The notes: a model not told the origin generated them from the letters alone. Shown: positions 38,207 through 52,353, counted from the first letter of the stretch. The stretch is 63,054 nucleotides of DNA from Gammaproteobacteria bacterium RIFCSPLOWO2_12_47_11 (GCA_001801885.1 MGYU01000040.1:1-63054), one strand, 5' to 3'. Numbers and translations: made by a program.

Positions 38207-39865
38207 TCAGGCTTTAAGGCCGGCGCGCTCCAGGTTATGAATAATCAACCATTGTTGCGCTATTGAAAGTATATTATTGGCGACCCAGTACAACACCAGG
38301 CCTGACGGGAAAAAGGCAAAAAATACAGTAAAAATAAACGGCAACATCAGCATGACCTTTTCCTGTACCGGATCCATGGGTGCAGGGTTGAGTTTCTGCT
38401 GTATGAACATGGTCACGCCCATGACCACCGGCAACACAAAATAAGGATCGGGCGTCGACAGATCCCTGATCCACAGAGCAAAGCCTGCCTGCCGTAACTC
38501 AACACTTTCAAGCAATACCCAGTACAATGCGATGAATACCGGGATCTGGATCAATATGGGGAAACAACCGCCGAGCGGATTAATCTTTTCCTCTTTGTAA
38601 ATATCCATCATGGCCTTGTTAAGCCGCGCCCGATCGTTTTTATAGCGGTCACGGATGGCCAACAGCTTTGGTTGTACCCTGCGCATGTTGGCCATGGACC
38701 GGTATCCTGCCGCAGAAAGGTTATAGAACAACAGCTTAAGCATCAGTGTAACCAGGACAATGGACCATCCCCAATTGCCAACCATACTGTGAAACCATTC
38801 AAGACACCAGAACAGTGGTTTTGCAATAAACCAGAGTATGCCGTAGTCCACTGTCAATTCCAGACCCGGCGCTATTGATTCGAGCCTGCTTTGTATCTTG
38901 GGGCCAAGATACAGTTTATGTTCCAGCACCACTGTTTCTTTCGGCGCGGCCGTAACCGGTGGTGTGGTTGCGCCGATGACAAAACGATCTGACTGCAGAC
39001 CCGTGGCGGACTTGTTCAGATACAGAGTGTAGTATCGGCCTTCATCGGTTTGAGAACCCGGGATTAAGGCACTGACAAAATAATGCTGGATCATCGCCAC
39101 CCAGCCGTTAACGATATTTCTGGATAACCTTTCGTCCTGCATATCGCTAAATGATATTTTTTCATAGCGCTTTTCCGGGCTTGATATTACTGCGCCGGTG
39201 TAGGTATACACCGCGCCATTCATGCGTTTACCTGGGTCTGTCCGTTGTATTTGCCCATAAGCACGGCCCGCCCAGGGCTTTGTGGAGTTATTCCTCAGCT
39301 CATAACGGACATTGATCAGGTATTTGTCCGGGAAGAACTCAAAAACTTTTTTTACCACAAGACCTTCATCAGTTTGCCAGAATAATGGCACCTGTAATGA
39401 CTCATCATCCGGCGACAGCGAATACGACAAGTTTTGCGCTGTAAATAATGCATCGTGCGTAGGGGCCGGATCCTTGCTCAGCAACCCTCCCTGGGTGATA
39501 TAGGGGGCGGCAGGATCGTTATAAAGCAGACGCACTTTTTTGTCTGGTTCATCCAGAGATATGGGAAACTTCAGCAATTCGGCGTTCTCGATATTTCCGC
39601 CGGCCGTGTTGATCTGTATATGAAACAGGTCGGTTTTTACATCGATCAGCTCCGCCTTTTTCTCAAGCGGTGTATGGATTTCCGGCAAACCTGTTGCTGT
39701 TGCCTCGGGCAGGGACGGCACATCCAAAGCAGGCGCATCTTTGACAACGTCGTTCACTACGGGCGCCTGTGTTTGTGTTGTGCCGTAATCTCTCTGCCAG
39801 GCATCCCATAACAACATGATGACCAGACTTAACGATACAAGCAGCACAAAACGGGTTGTGTCCAT
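38207..39865 (-). CDS. yidC: Membrane protein insertase YidC
   Basis: Starting at MDTTRFVLLVSLSLVIMLLWDAW gives 552 aa, avoiding the 52-codon track extension that overlaps yidD. Conserved C-terminal GCFPILIQIPVFIALY. Confidence 0.95.
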   Translation of the reverse strand: MDTTRFVLLVSLSLVIMLLWDAWQRDYGTTQTQAPVVNDVVKDAPALDVPSLPEATATGLPEIHTPLEKKAELIDVKTDLFHIQINTAGGNIENAELLKFPISLDEPDKKVRLLYNDPAAPYITQGGLLSKDPAPTHDALFTAQNLSYSLSPDDESLQVPLFWQTDEGLVVKKVFEFFPDKYLINVRYELRNNSTKPWAGRAYGQIQRTDPGKRMNGAVYTYTGAVISSPEKRYEKISFSDMQDERLSRNIVNGWVAMIQHYFVSALIPGSQTDEGRYYTLYLNKSATGLQSDRFVIGATTPPVTAAPKETVVLEHKLYLGPKIQSRLESIAPGLELTVDYGILWFIAKPLFWCLEWFHSMVGNWGWSIVLVTLMLKLLFYNLSAAGYRSMANMRRVQPKLLAIRDRYKNDRARLNKAMMDIYKEEKINPLGGCFPILIQIPVFIALYWVLLESVELRQAGFALWIRDLSTPDPYFVLPVVMGVTMFIQQKLNPAPMDPVQEKVMLMLPFIFTVFFAFFPSGLVLYWVANNILSIAQQWLIIHNLERAGLKA

Positions 39866-39876
39866 GTTAATAGTTC

Positions 39877-40104
39877 TTAATTGACCGGATCGTATCCGCC
39901 AGGATGATAGGGATGGCAGCGGCACAGGCGCTTGGCTGTCATAATGACGCCTTTGATCGCGCCGTGTTTCGCAATGGCCTCTTTTGCATAACTTGAACAG
40001 CTCGGATAGAAACGGCAACACGGCCCTATTAACGGGCTGATAAGGCAGGAGTACAGATTTATTATACCAATGAGGAATTTTTGCATGTAACCAGTCTTTG
40101 CCAA
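39877..40104 (-). CDS. yidD: Membrane protein insertion efficiency factor YidD
   Basis: 75 aa. [28 protein letters not shown] signature. Start may be the internal Met at 40086. Confidence 0.9.
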   Translation of the reverse strand: MAKTGYMQKFLIGIINLYSCLISPLIGPCCRFYPSCSSYAKEAIAKHGAIKGVIMTAKRLCRCHPYHPGGYDPVN

Positions 40105-40433
40105 TGCCTTTGCAATGAGTCGTTAATCGCTTTGTTGATTAGTGGCCCTGGCCTTTTATTCGTCATCACGACGACATCCATGCCACTCAATAACTGCTGG
40201 TTTCTGCGAAAACTTTCTCTTGCCAATCGTTTTAGCCGGTTTCTTACAACAGCCTGTTTGACCCATTTTTTGGAAATGGCCAAACCCAACCGGGCGTAAT
40301 TAAGTCCGTTTTTTCTGGCGATAACCAGAAACATTTCGTCTGTGGATCGACAAGGGGCGCGAAATATCTGTTGATATTCAGCCGGGCCTTTTAGTCTGCG
40401 CTCTCTGGCAAAACCGCCTGTGTGCTGGAGCAC
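40062..40433 (-). CDS. rnpA: Ribonuclease P protein component
   Basis: 123 aa, basic. RNR-like motif [13 protein letters not shown]. Lies between rpmH and yidD. Confidence 0.9.
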   Translation of the reverse strand: MLQHTGGFARERRLKGPAEYQQIFRAPCRSTDEMFLVIARKNGLNYARLGLAISKKWVKQAVVRNRLKRLARESFRRNQQLLSGMDVVVMTNKRPGPLINKAINDSLQRHWQRLVTCKNSSLV

Positions 40434-40441
40434 ATCCGTAA

Positions 40442-40576
40442 TTATGCTGTCAGCCGCTTGCGGCCCTTGGCCCGGCGCGAACTGATCACGTCGCGACCAC
40501 CTTTCGTCTGCATTCTGGCCCGAAAACCGTGTGTGCGCTTTTTTTTGAGTTTGCTTGGCTGGTAAGTGCGTTTCAT
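40442..40576 (-). CDS. rpmH: 50S ribosomal protein L34
   Basis: Below the ORF-track size cutoff. My minus-strand translation gives [44 protein letters not shown] (44 aa). Confidence 0.92.
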   Translation of the reverse strand: MKRTYQPSKLKKKRTHGFRARMQTKGGRDVISSRRAKGRKRLTA

Positions 40577-40695
40577 TGATTTATGTTTGCCGCCGGCTTG
40601 TGACAGCTTCTCTGCTACCTTTATAAAGGCCGGGTATAATACTGCCCGTAACTTAATATTGTCAATTTATATACCTTGCTGTTTTTACTTGCCGG

Positions 40696-40704
40696 TGTGG
40701 ATAA
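40696..40704 (-). promoter_or_regulatory. Perfect DnaA box (TGTGGATAA, the reverse complement of TTATCCACA) in the rpmH-dnaA spacer
   Basis: Read directly as gccggTGTGGATAAccgg, about 70 nt upstream of the dnaA start. Confidence 0.6.
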
Positions 40705-40769
40705 CCGGCCCGATCGGGTATAGACTTTCCGTTCTCTTCCCGTTTCAAATCTACTGACAATTGTGAGGT

Positions 40770-42113
40770 GTGGTTTTGGCTTTTTCTTCATGGAAATACT
40801 GTCTTGAACGTCTTGAAGGAGAGCTTGCGCCACAACAGTTCAACACATGGATAAGGCCACTGCACGCAGTTGAGGACAATTCATCAATCCTGCTTCTGGC
40901 ACCTAATCGTTTTGTGATGGACTGGGTCAATGATCAATATCTTTCAAAAATTAAGGATCTGTTAAATAAATCTCCGGGCAACAGCAATATCAGCATCAGT
41001 ATCGAAGTAGGAAGCCAGTCTGTCAGGCCTGATGAGCCAAAGAAAAGAAACGGGGTTGTCCGTGCCGAACCTCAGCAAAGGACAACCAAACACTCAAATA
41101 ACCTGAACCCGGATTTCACTTTCGATTCATTTATCGAGGGTAAATCCAATCAGCTGGCCCGTGCCGCTTCCTTACAAACCTCACAAAACCCTGGCAAATC
41201 ATATAACCCGTTATTCGTATATGGCGGTGTGGGCCTGGGTAAAACACATTTAATGCATGCCATAGGCCATTCAATATTACATCAGACACCCAACGCCAAT
41301 ATTGCCTATCTTCATTCCGAGCGTTTTGTTGCGGACATGGTCCGGGCCCTGCAACACAATGTGATTAACGAATTCAAGCGCCATTACAGGAGCGTGGATG
41401 CCTTATTGATAGATGATATACAGTTTTTTGCGGGCAAAGAACGTTCACAGGAAGAATTCTTTCATACCTTTAATCATTTGCTTGAAGGACAACATCAGAT
41501 AGTAATGACCTGTGATCGTTATCCAAAAGAGGTGAATGGGCTAGAAGAGCGCCTGAAATCACGTTTCGGCTGGGGACTGACTGTGGCAATTGAACCACCG
41601 GAGCTTGAAACCCGCGTAGCCATACTTAACGATAAAGCTGTCAGGAACAATATATTCCTGCCGGACGGGGTGGCCTTCTTTATAGCAAAACGTTTTCGCT
41701 CAAATGTCCGTGAGCTTGAGGGCGCCCTCAACCGTGTAGTTGCCAACTCCAACCTGACTGGCCGCCCCATCACGCTTGAATTTACCCAGGAAGCTTTACA
41801 TGATCTTCTGCTTATACAAGATAAACAGGTCACTCTGGAAAACATACAAAAAACAACGGCAGAGTATTATAAAGTACGGGTGGCCGATCTGCTTTCAAAG
41901 CGACGCAGCCGTTCCATTGCAAGACCCAGACAGCTTGCTATGGCTTTATCTAAAGAATTAACCGGGCACAGTTTACCGGAAATTGGAGATGCTTTTGGTG
42001 GGAGGGATCACACAACCGTATTACACGCCTGTAGAAAAATAGCTGATCTACGTAAAGTTGAACAAAAGATTGAAGAAGATTACAACAACCTGACCAGAAT
42101 TCTGACTACATAA
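40770..42113 (+). CDS. dnaA: Chromosomal replication initiator protein DnaA
   Basis: 447 aa. [21 protein letters not shown]-terminus, AAA+ Walker [15 protein letters not shown]-terminal DNA-binding domain. Non-ATG start: GTG at 40770, or TTG at 40776, which has better spacing from GAGG. Confidence 0.97.
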   Translation: MVLAFSSWKYCLERLEGELAPQQFNTWIRPLHAVEDNSSILLLAPNRFVMDWVNDQYLSKIKDLLNKSPGNSNISISIEVGSQSVRPDEPKKRNGVVRAEPQQRTTKHSNNLNPDFTFDSFIEGKSNQLARAASLQTSQNPGKSYNPLFVYGGVGLGKTHLMHAIGHSILHQTPNANIAYLHSERFVADMVRALQHNVINEFKRHYRSVDALLIDDIQFFAGKERSQEEFFHTFNHLLEGQHQIVMTCDRYPKEVNGLEERLKSRFGWGLTVAIEPPELETRVAILNDKAVRNNIFLPDGVAFFIAKRFRSNVRELEGALNRVVANSNLTGRPITLEFTQEALHDLLLIQDKQVTLENIQKTTAEYYKVRVADLLSKRRSRSIARPRQLAMALSKELTGHSLPEIGDAFGGRDHTTVLHACRKIADLRKVEQKIEEDYNNLTRILTT

Positions 42114-42173
42114 GATGTACATATCTTGTAAGAAAGATACGGATAAATTCTTAACGTATTTATTTGTTATTAT

Positions 42174-42271
42174 TTATCCACAAGAAACTGTCACAAAATA
42201 TGGTAGTGTGTTAACATTATTAATTTTTAATTAACTATATGATTAATAAAAATATTTTTAACTTATCCACA
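42174..42271 (+). promoter_or_regulatory. Two perfect DnaA boxes (TTATCCACA at ~42174-42182 and ~42263-42271) in direct orientation in the dnaA-dnaN spacer
   Basis: Read directly as tatTTATCCACAagaa and aacTTATCCACAgata. The surrounding ~115 nt are about 16% GC by my count. Confidence 0.55.
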
Positions 42272-42315
42272 GATATTTGAAATGTATATATAAAATTTAA
42301 TAGGGTATATAAATT

Positions 42316-43416
42316 ATGAAATTTAATTTACAGAGAGATGAACTCTTACCCAGTCTTCAAATTGTGAATAGCGTTGTAGAAAGACGTCATACTCTCCCTG
42401 CATTGTCTAACTTGCTTATTTCAACAGGACCTTCAGGCATTACCCTTACCGGAACCGACATGGAGGTTGAATTAATTTCAACCATTAAACAGGGGTCCAA
42501 AGAAGAACATGATTTTACGGTGCCTGCTAGAAAATTACTGGATATTTGCCGGGCCTTACCTGCGGAATCGACGCTGGAATTTTCAGTGGAAAAAGATCAG
42601 GTCACCATAAAATCCGGAAAGAGCCGATTTACCCTGGCTACATTACCGGCCAAGGATTTTCCTTCAACCGAAACTTCGGAACCTATTGTTGAGTTTGTGA
42701 TTACGCAAGGGGAACTCAAGGCCCTGATTGAAGACACCATGTTTGCAATGGCGCAGCAAGATGTCAGGTATTATCTCAATGGCATGTTGCTGGAATTAAG
42801 TGAACATACACTCAAAGCTGTGGCTACGGACGGACACAGGCTTGCTTTGAAGGAGATTAACCACGAAACCGGGGCAAAGGAATTGAAACAGGTGATTGTT
42901 CCCAGAAAAGGCATATTAGAGTTGGCCAGATTACTGGGAAACTCAGAAGAAAGGGTAAAGGTGTTAATAAGTAAAAATCACATACGGATGGAAATAAACA
43001 GCATCCTGTTTACTAGCAAGTTGATAGATGGCAGGTTCCCGGACTATGAACGGGTGGTGCCTGGAGAATCAAATAATTCTTTAAAAGCAAATCGGAGTGA
43101 CTTGAAACAAAGCCTTACCCGGGCCTCAATATTGTCCAACGAAAAGTACAAAGGCGTCAGGATTATACTGAAAAAAAACAGCCTTAAGGCTTTTGCCCAT
43201 AACCCTGAACAGGAAGAAGCAGAGGAAGAACTGGAGGTTGAATATTCGGGAGATGAAATGGAAATCGGATTTAATGTAACGTATTTACTGGATGCAATAA
43301 ACGCCATTAAAACGGAAAAAGTGATTATGGCTACAACAAACCCGGATAGTAGTTGTTTATTGTTGCCGGAAGACAAAAACAGTTGTAAATATGTAGTAAT
43401 GCCTATGCGTCTCTGA
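42316..43416 (+). CDS. dnaN: DNA polymerase III beta sliding clamp
   Basis: 366 aa. MKFNLQRDELL..L N-terminus and C-terminal VVMPMRL. Confidence 0.96.
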   Translation: MKFNLQRDELLPSLQIVNSVVERRHTLPALSNLLISTGPSGITLTGTDMEVELISTIKQGSKEEHDFTVPARKLLDICRALPAESTLEFSVEKDQVTIKSGKSRFTLATLPAKDFPSTETSEPIVEFVITQGELKALIEDTMFAMAQQDVRYYLNGMLLELSEHTLKAVATDGHRLALKEINHETGAKELKQVIVPRKGILELARLLGNSEERVKVLISKNHIRMEINSILFTSKLIDGRFPDYERVVPGESNNSLKANRSDLKQSLTRASILSNEKYKGVRIILKKNSLKAFAHNPEQEEAEEELEVEYSGDEMEIGFNVTYLLDAINAIKTEKVIMATTNPDSSCLLLPEDKNSCKYVVMPMRL

Positions 43417-43418
43417 TA

Positions 43419-44495
43419 ATGCGTTTGAAGGAGCTGGATATATATGATGTAAGGAACCTGACAGAAGTCCACATGGAATGTAGTCCGGGCATTAATATAA
43501 TTTATGGAAAAAATGCGGCAGGAAAGACCGCAATATTGGAAGGAATACATCTATTAGCCAGAGTCTGTTCATTTCGAACCCCAAGGATCAATGACGTGAT
43601 CCAACATGGCAAACAACAGATTTCAATCATGGCCCGCCTAAACGATGAGCAAAATAACAAGATAGTAACTGGCCTGGAAAAGAGCAGACAGGCAACGAAA
43701 ATCAGGTTTAACGGGTTAAACGTTAATAAGCGGTCGGAACAGGCCCGGAATTTACCGGTATTGACGATATCACCAGACAGTCACCGGATACTGCACGGTG
43801 TGCCCAGAGAGAGAAGACATTGGCTGGACTGGTCAATGTTTCACGTGGAACCAGCCTATATGGAATATTGGCAGAAGTATCACCATGCCCTTCGGCAAAG
43901 GAACGCATTACTCAGGCTGTGTGCAAATCAGGCGCAGTTTGATATCTGGGAAAACGTGCTGGCGAACTCAGCAGTCTTGCTGCGCCGGGTAAGAAAAACA
44001 TATATCGACAGAATAAACGCGCAGATTCCATACATTGCAAACGGTGGTATCAGACAGGTTGAAATTGATCTCCGGTCGGAAGAACAAGACCAGGAAACCA
44101 TCAGGGCCAATCTGAGACAACAAAGGAAGGCAGACCTGGTTGCGGGGTATACCCTATATGGCCCACACAGAGAGGATATTGTTTTTAATATTAATGGTCG
44201 TGAGGCAAGCAGATCCCTGTCCCGGGGTGAGGGAAAATTATACGTGCTGTTTTTAATTATGGCTCAGGCGCTTGAATATAAATCAATAAAACAGCAACAG
44301 CCTATAATGTTGATTGATGATTTGTCGGCAGAAATAGATGATGAGGCCAGAAAAAGGATACTCGAACAACTACAATGCCAGGATTTACAAGCCTTTATTA
44401 CCACCACAAACCCGGAATACCTGGAAAACGGCGCGGAAATACTCAAGAGGTTCCACGTGGAACAGGGCAGCGTTAATGCCGAAGCGGCAGCGTAA
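43419..44495 (+). CDS. recF: DNA replication and repair protein RecF
   Basis: 358 aa. Walker A GKNAAGKTAILE, SRGEGK signature, Walker B MLIDDL. Confidence 0.95.
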   Translation: MRLKELDIYDVRNLTEVHMECSPGINIIYGKNAAGKTAILEGIHLLARVCSFRTPRINDVIQHGKQQISIMARLNDEQNNKIVTGLEKSRQATKIRFNGLNVNKRSEQARNLPVLTISPDSHRILHGVPRERRHWLDWSMFHVEPAYMEYWQKYHHALRQRNALLRLCANQAQFDIWENVLANSAVLLRRVRKTYIDRINAQIPYIANGGIRQVEIDLRSEEQDQETIRANLRQQRKADLVAGYTLYGPHREDIVFNINGREASRSLSRGEGKLYVLFLIMAQALEYKSIKQQQPIMLIDDLSAEIDDEARKRILEQLQCQDLQAFITTTNPEYLENGAEILKRFHVEQGSVNAEAAA

Positions 44496-47665
<3,170 letters not shown>

Positions 47666-47724
47666 ATCGTACAGTGTAATCTTCCAGACGGTTTTTATTA
47701 TTTAGCAAGCGAGCCCCTGTAATT

Positions 47725-48696
47725 ATGCAGAACCCCGTTACACATGCGCAAGCCGTTCTACGGCACGACTGGACAGAAACTGAAGTTATTGAGTTATTCA
47801 ATGCACCATTAAACGATCTTGTCTTTAGATCACAAACCCTGTCTCGCCAATATTTTGATCCGAACAATATCCAGTTAAGCGCCCTGCTCAATATTAAAAC
47901 CGGCGGCTGTCCGGAAGATTGTGCCTATTGTCCGCAAAGTGCGCGATATGAAACGGAAGTCAAGGCCGGGCCCTTGATGGATATTGTTGAAGTAAAACAG
48001 GCAGCGATGGAAGCGAAGCAACACGGCGCCAGCCGGTTCTGCATGGGCGCGGCCTGGCGCAGCCCGAAAGATAGTGATCTGGACAAGGTGGTTGATATGG
48101 TGAAAGCGGTAAAAGACCTGGGGCTGGAAACCTGTGCAACGCTGGGCATGTTGAATGATGATCAGGCGCTCAGGCTGAAACAGGCCGGCCTCGATTACTA
48201 TAATCATAATCTCGACAGTTCCCCTGAATTTTATACAGAAATAATTTCAACCCGTACTTATGAAGATCGTCTGAAAACATTGCAGGCGGTCCGGTCGGCA
48301 GGCATGAATGTTTGCTGTGGCGGGATCATCGGCATGGGCGAGACTTTAATTGATCGCGCATGCATGCTGATCATTCTGGCGAACATGCCAAAACATCCCG
48401 AGAGTGTGCCGATAAATTTACTGGTCAAGGTCAACGGCACACCGCTTGAACATAATGCCGATCCGGACCCGTTTGAAGTTGTGCGTATGATCGCAGTAAC
48501 CCGGATCATGATGCCGGCTTCCTATGTCAGGTTGTCCGCAGGAAGGACTGAAATGAGCGACGAGGCACAGGCCTTGTGTTTCCTGGCAGGCGCGAATTCC
48601 ATTTTCTACGGGGAAAAACTATTAACAACCGATAATCCGGGGCTGATTCATGATCAGAAATTGCTTGATCGCCTCGGGCTTAAGCCCACGCATTAA
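47725..48696 (+). CDS. bioB: Biotin synthase
   Basis: 323 aa. Radical-SAM cluster motif [13 protein letters not shown]. Confidence 0.95.
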   Translation: MQNPVTHAQAVLRHDWTETEVIELFNAPLNDLVFRSQTLSRQYFDPNNIQLSALLNIKTGGCPEDCAYCPQSARYETEVKAGPLMDIVEVKQAAMEAKQHGASRFCMGAAWRSPKDSDLDKVVDMVKAVKDLGLETCATLGMLNDDQALRLKQAGLDYYNHNLDSSPEFYTEIISTRTYEDRLKTLQAVRSAGMNVCCGGIIGMGETLIDRACMLIILANMPKHPESVPINLLVKVNGTPLEHNADPDPFEVVRMIAVTRIMMPASYVRLSAGRTEMSDEAQALCFLAGANSIFYGEKLLTTDNPGLIHDQKLLDRLGLKPTH

Positions 48697-48729
48697 CGGC
48701 TATTTTCATTCAGTTTCAGCAATATTCTT

Positions 48730-49902
48730 GTGTGCCCACAAAAAACAGATATACGTGATGCCATCAAACTGAATATCGGGCATATCACCCAAAGCGGCCT
48801 CAAACGTGTCAGGCGTGTGCATGATACGCCCCAGGGCCCGGTGATCAGGCTGAACAATAAAAACCTCATCAATTTTTGCAGTAATGATTATCTGGGGCTG
48901 GCCAATCACCCGGCATTAATCACAGCGATGAAACAGGGCGTTGATCAATATGGCGTAGGGGCCGGCGCATCACAGTTAATTTGCGGTTATACGGCCGCAC
49001 ACGAAAAACTTGAAGAAAGACTGTGTGCTTTTACGGGCAGACAAAAAGCGGTTATTTTTTCATCAGGCTATATGGCAAACCTGTCCATTGTAAATACTCT
49101 CCTGGACAGAGCAGACATGGTTCTGGGTGATCGGTTAAATCACGCCTCAATGATCGATGCTGCCCGAATGTCCCGTGCCAAATTTAGACGTTACCGGCAT
49201 GTAGATACGGTTTCTTTACGTGATTTATTGCAGGGTTGCGGCGCGGAGAAAAAACTGGTGATGACAGATGGCGTGTTCAGCATGGATGGAGACATGGCGC
49301 CATTGCCTGATATTTCGCTGGTCTGTGCCGAGATGAATGCCTGGCTGGTGGTTGATGATGCCCACGGGTTTGGTGTCCTGGGAGAAAATGGTGGCGGCAC
49401 GGTCCAGCATTTTGGTTTAACAACAGAAGATGTCTCGTTACTCATGGCCACCTTCGGTAAGGCATTGGGCACAGCGGGCGCTTTTATTGCCGGTGACGAG
49501 GAGGTGATTGAACAGTTTATTCAATCAGCGCGCACGCTGATATATACGACGGCCCTGCCTCCCGCGCTGGCGTATGCCTCAGTGCGGGCGCTGGAGATCG
49601 TGCAGGAAGAAAAATGGCGGCGCGAACATTTGTTTGCATTAATAAATCAATTCAAAAACGGCGCAAGGGAGCTGGGACTGCCAGTCGCGAACTCTGACAC
49701 CGCCATACAGCCGTTATTGATAGGCGCGGCAGAAAAGGCAGCGGAGACAAGCAGACAATTGTTTGAAAAAGGCATTAATGTTGTGGCCATCCGCCCGCCA
49801 ACTGTGCCAAACGGAACATCGCGTCTCCGGATCACCCTGACTGCTGCACATAGTGAAGCGCAGGTTGATCAATTGCTTGATGCACTGTGTGCGCTGGTCT
49901 GA
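48730..49902 (+). CDS. bioF: 8-amino-7-oxononanoate synthase
   Basis: 390 aa. NFCSNDYLGL, DDAHGFG, PLP-Lys context TFGKALG. GTG start as in the track. Confidence 0.9.
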   Translation: MCPQKTDIRDAIKLNIGHITQSGLKRVRRVHDTPQGPVIRLNNKNLINFCSNDYLGLANHPALITAMKQGVDQYGVGAGASQLICGYTAAHEKLEERLCAFTGRQKAVIFSSGYMANLSIVNTLLDRADMVLGDRLNHASMIDAARMSRAKFRRYRHVDTVSLRDLLQGCGAEKKLVMTDGVFSMDGDMAPLPDISLVCAEMNAWLVVDDAHGFGVLGENGGGTVQHFGLTTEDVSLLMATFGKALGTAGAFIAGDEEVIEQFIQSARTLIYTTALPPALAYASVRALEIVQEEKWRREHLFALINQFKNGARELGLPVANSDTAIQPLLIGAAEKAAETSRQLFEKGINVVAIRPPTVPNGTSRLRITLTAAHSEAQVDQLLDALCALV

Positions 49903-49905
49903 GTT

Positions 49906-50676
49906 ATGACCATGCCGGATAAAGATCAAGGCCGGGGCACACTGGGTATTATTCATGGCTGGGGATTTGATTCGCAAGTCATGACCGGTCTTGCCGCAGA
50001 ATTGTCCCCTTGCTGGAATACACGCTTGATTGATATGCCAGGTTACGGACATAACCACATGACCGGTTTTCCACAAGGTATTGATAATATCGCCAGCAAT
50101 TTGATATCTGCTATTCCGCCGTACTGCATGCTTGTTGGTTGGTCACTGGGGGGCATGGTGGCAATAAAGATCGCACACAGCATGCAGGATAAAATAAAAG
50201 CCATCATCTTGCTCGCGAGCACACCGTGTTTTGTGAGAAAGCATGACTGGCCGCATGGTATTGAATCAACACAGATAAAAAATATGGCAAAACGCGTATC
50301 TACAGAAAATAATGAAGTATTGCAGGAGTTTGCCGGGTTGACGGCAAGAGGCGATATCTCCCCCAAGGAAACAATCCGGGAATTCAAGTTATTGCACAAA
50401 ATGAACAAAGTCGACCCGCGTGTATTACTGCAAGGCCTGGACATACTTATTAACACGGATCTTCGAATTGAGCTGTCTGAACTGAAATGCCGGGTGATCA
50501 TGTTGCTGGGCGATCGGGATCAGCTGGTGGCCAGCAGCACAGGGAACGCAACCAGAGAGATACTCCCGTCATTACAATTGAATTACATAAAAGCAGCCGG
50601 TCATGCCCCGTTTGTTTCAAAAAGGAAAGAATCGGCAGAAGCGATAAACAACAGTTTGCGTGCCTGTTCATTATGA
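49906..50676 (+). CDS. bioH: Pimeloyl-ACP methyl ester carboxylesterase
   Basis: 256 aa alpha/beta hydrolase. HGWG oxyanion region and GWSLGG nucleophile elbow. Position in bioBFHCD. Confidence 0.82.
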   Translation: MTMPDKDQGRGTLGIIHGWGFDSQVMTGLAAELSPCWNTRLIDMPGYGHNHMTGFPQGIDNIASNLISAIPPYCMLVGWSLGGMVAIKIAHSMQDKIKAIILLASTPCFVRKHDWPHGIESTQIKNMAKRVSTENNEVLQEFAGLTARGDISPKETIREFKLLHKMNKVDPRVLLQGLDILINTDLRIELSELKCRVIMLLGDRDQLVASSTGNATREILPSLQLNYIKAAGHAPFVSKRKESAEAINNSLRACSL

Positions 50677-51545
50677 ATGGAGTGGACAAGCGCAAGATCG
50701 CAAATAGCTTTGGCCGTGCAGCTCCTGCGTATGAACAAAATGCAGTGCTGCAAAAGACGGTCGCAGAACGATTGCTCACCCGCCTTGATCTGTTAACTAT
50801 CAAGCCGGAATGGATTGCGGATATTGGTTCAGGCACGGGCTCAACATCAAGGGCGCTGGCAGGCAGGTATACATCAGGACGGGTAGCGCAAATCGATCTT
50901 TCGCCACCGATGTTGCTGCAATCACGATCGAAATCCAGGAAGTTTTTTTCCAGACAATATTATTGTTGTGCCGACGCAGAAAAGATACCAATGGCTGCTC
51001 ACAAGATTGATCTGGCATTTTCGAGCCTGACTTACCAATGGTGCAATGATCTGGATCGTGCGTTTGTTGAGGTGAAAAGAATCCTGCGGCCAAACGGCCT
51101 TTTCCTTTTTGCCACACTGGGCCCAGATACGCTCAAGGAGTTGCGTGCCAGCTGGGCTGCTGTAGATGATACCACACACGTTAATACGTTTTTCGATATG
51201 CATGATATCGGGGACGCATTGGTAAGAGCCGGCCTGGAGAGTGTAGTCATGGATGTGGAGATCATCACCCTGAATTATCCGGATTGTCTCAGCCTCATGC
51301 GTGATATCAAGATTGTGGGTGCGCATAATATAAATCAGGCCAGACTGAAAGCATTGACCGGCAAACAGAAGATGCAACGAATGATCGCGGCCTATGAAAA
51401 ATTCCGCCGGGACAATGTATTGCCGGCAACATACGAAATAGTCTATGGCCATGCCTGGGCTCCTGCGCAGGACCGTCCTGCAAAACAGGACGGTGTTGCC
51501 TATATCCCGGTAGAGTCTCTGCGTAAAACAAGAGATCGGAAATAA
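50673..51545 (+). CDS. bioC: Malonyl-ACP O-methyltransferase
   Basis: Start reset to MNGVDKRKIANSFGRAAPAYEQNAVLQ (ATGA overlap with the bioH stop). SAM motif ADIGSGTG. The track ORF (50487) is an overlapping 5' extension. Confidence 0.87.
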   Translation: MNGVDKRKIANSFGRAAPAYEQNAVLQKTVAERLLTRLDLLTIKPEWIADIGSGTGSTSRALAGRYTSGRVAQIDLSPPMLLQSRSKSRKFFSRQYYCCADAEKIPMAAHKIDLAFSSLTYQWCNDLDRAFVEVKRILRPNGLFLFATLGPDTLKELRASWAAVDDTTHVNTFFDMHDIGDALVRAGLESVVMDVEIITLNYPDCLSLMRDIKIVGAHNINQARLKALTGKQKMQRMIAAYEKFRRDNVLPATYEIVYGHAWAPAQDRPAKQDGVAYIPVESLRKTRDRK

Positions 51546-51555
51546 ACAATCAATT

Positions 51556-52260
51556 ATGACAGCCTGTAGCTTCTTTATTACCGGAACGGATACAGGGTCA
51601 GGTAAAACCTGGTTTACGCTTGCCTTGATGCGGGCATTTCAGTCCAGAGGCATGACGGTAACGGGCATGAAGCCCATTGCCAGTGGTTGCGAGGAAACCG
51701 TTGCAGGACTGAGAAACGCAGATGCATTATCTATTCAGGCCCAGTCTTCGACTGCAAATGAATATGCAGTAATCAATCCTTATGCCTTCAGACCGCCCAT
51801 CGCCCCGCATATTGCCGCCGCACAGGCGGGCACAGAGATCGACATTAACTGCATTACCAGTGCTTATACCGTACTTTCCAAACAGAATGATGTAGTGATT
51901 GTTGAAGGTATAGGTGGATGGCGTGTACCGTTGACCCATGGCGCGTCTCTGGTGGATCTGGTTCGCGCCCTGAATCTGCCGGTGATTCTTGTGGTTGGTC
52001 TGCGCCTGGGCTGTATCAATCATACGCTGCTGTCAGCCGAGACCATCGTTTCTGATGGATTGAATTTGGCAGGCTGGGCCGCTTGTCATATAAATCCGTC
52101 CTATCTGGAGTTCGGCAGGACCCTGCATACATTGGCAGAATCTGTACCTGCCCCTCTGCTGGGCGTATTGCCTTATTTACAGGTATTTGATGTAGAAGTC
52201 CTCGCAAGACAGATTAACGTTGACCTTCTCTGGCCGCCGGCCTGCACCGGAAGTCCATAA
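51556..52260 (+). CDS. bioD: Dethiobiotin synthase
   Basis: 234 aa. P-loop FITGTDTGSGKT and EGIGGW. Confidence 0.9.
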   Translation: MTACSFFITGTDTGSGKTWFTLALMRAFQSRGMTVTGMKPIASGCEETVAGLRNADALSIQAQSSTANEYAVINPYAFRPPIAPHIAAAQAGTEIDINCITSAYTVLSKQNDVVIVEGIGGWRVPLTHGASLVDLVRALNLPVILVVGLRLGCINHTLLSAETIVSDGLNLAGWAACHINPSYLEFGRTLHTLAESVPAPLLGVLPYLQVFDVEVLARQINVDLLWPPACTGSP

Positions 52261-52353
52261 TTACCGGAAACCCGGGGCTTGCAAAAAAGCACTGAAATGA
52301 GGCATATTGTCTCAATCATAGAATTAGTATAAAAAATACCGGTAAGCTGCTGG

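Noticed and set aside
39866-40021. N-terminal extensions in the ORF track: yidC to 40021, bioC from 50487, hisA from 21843, kdsC from 5913, HPr from 13163, methyltransferase from 28711.
   Set aside because: The extensions overlap the preceding gene and lack similarity to the family N-termini. Internal start codons reproduce canonical N-termini, for example HPr His15/Ser46 numbering and YidC MDTTRF plus its TM.
40541-40552. A/T homopolymer runs of 7-8 nt in rpmH (~40541), dnaN (~43171) and the methyltransferase (~29283), considered as possible phase-variation tracts.
   Set aside because: They encode in-frame Lys or Phe runs in intact, mostly essential genes. Only the T7 at the GT9/GT4 junction coincides with a frame change.
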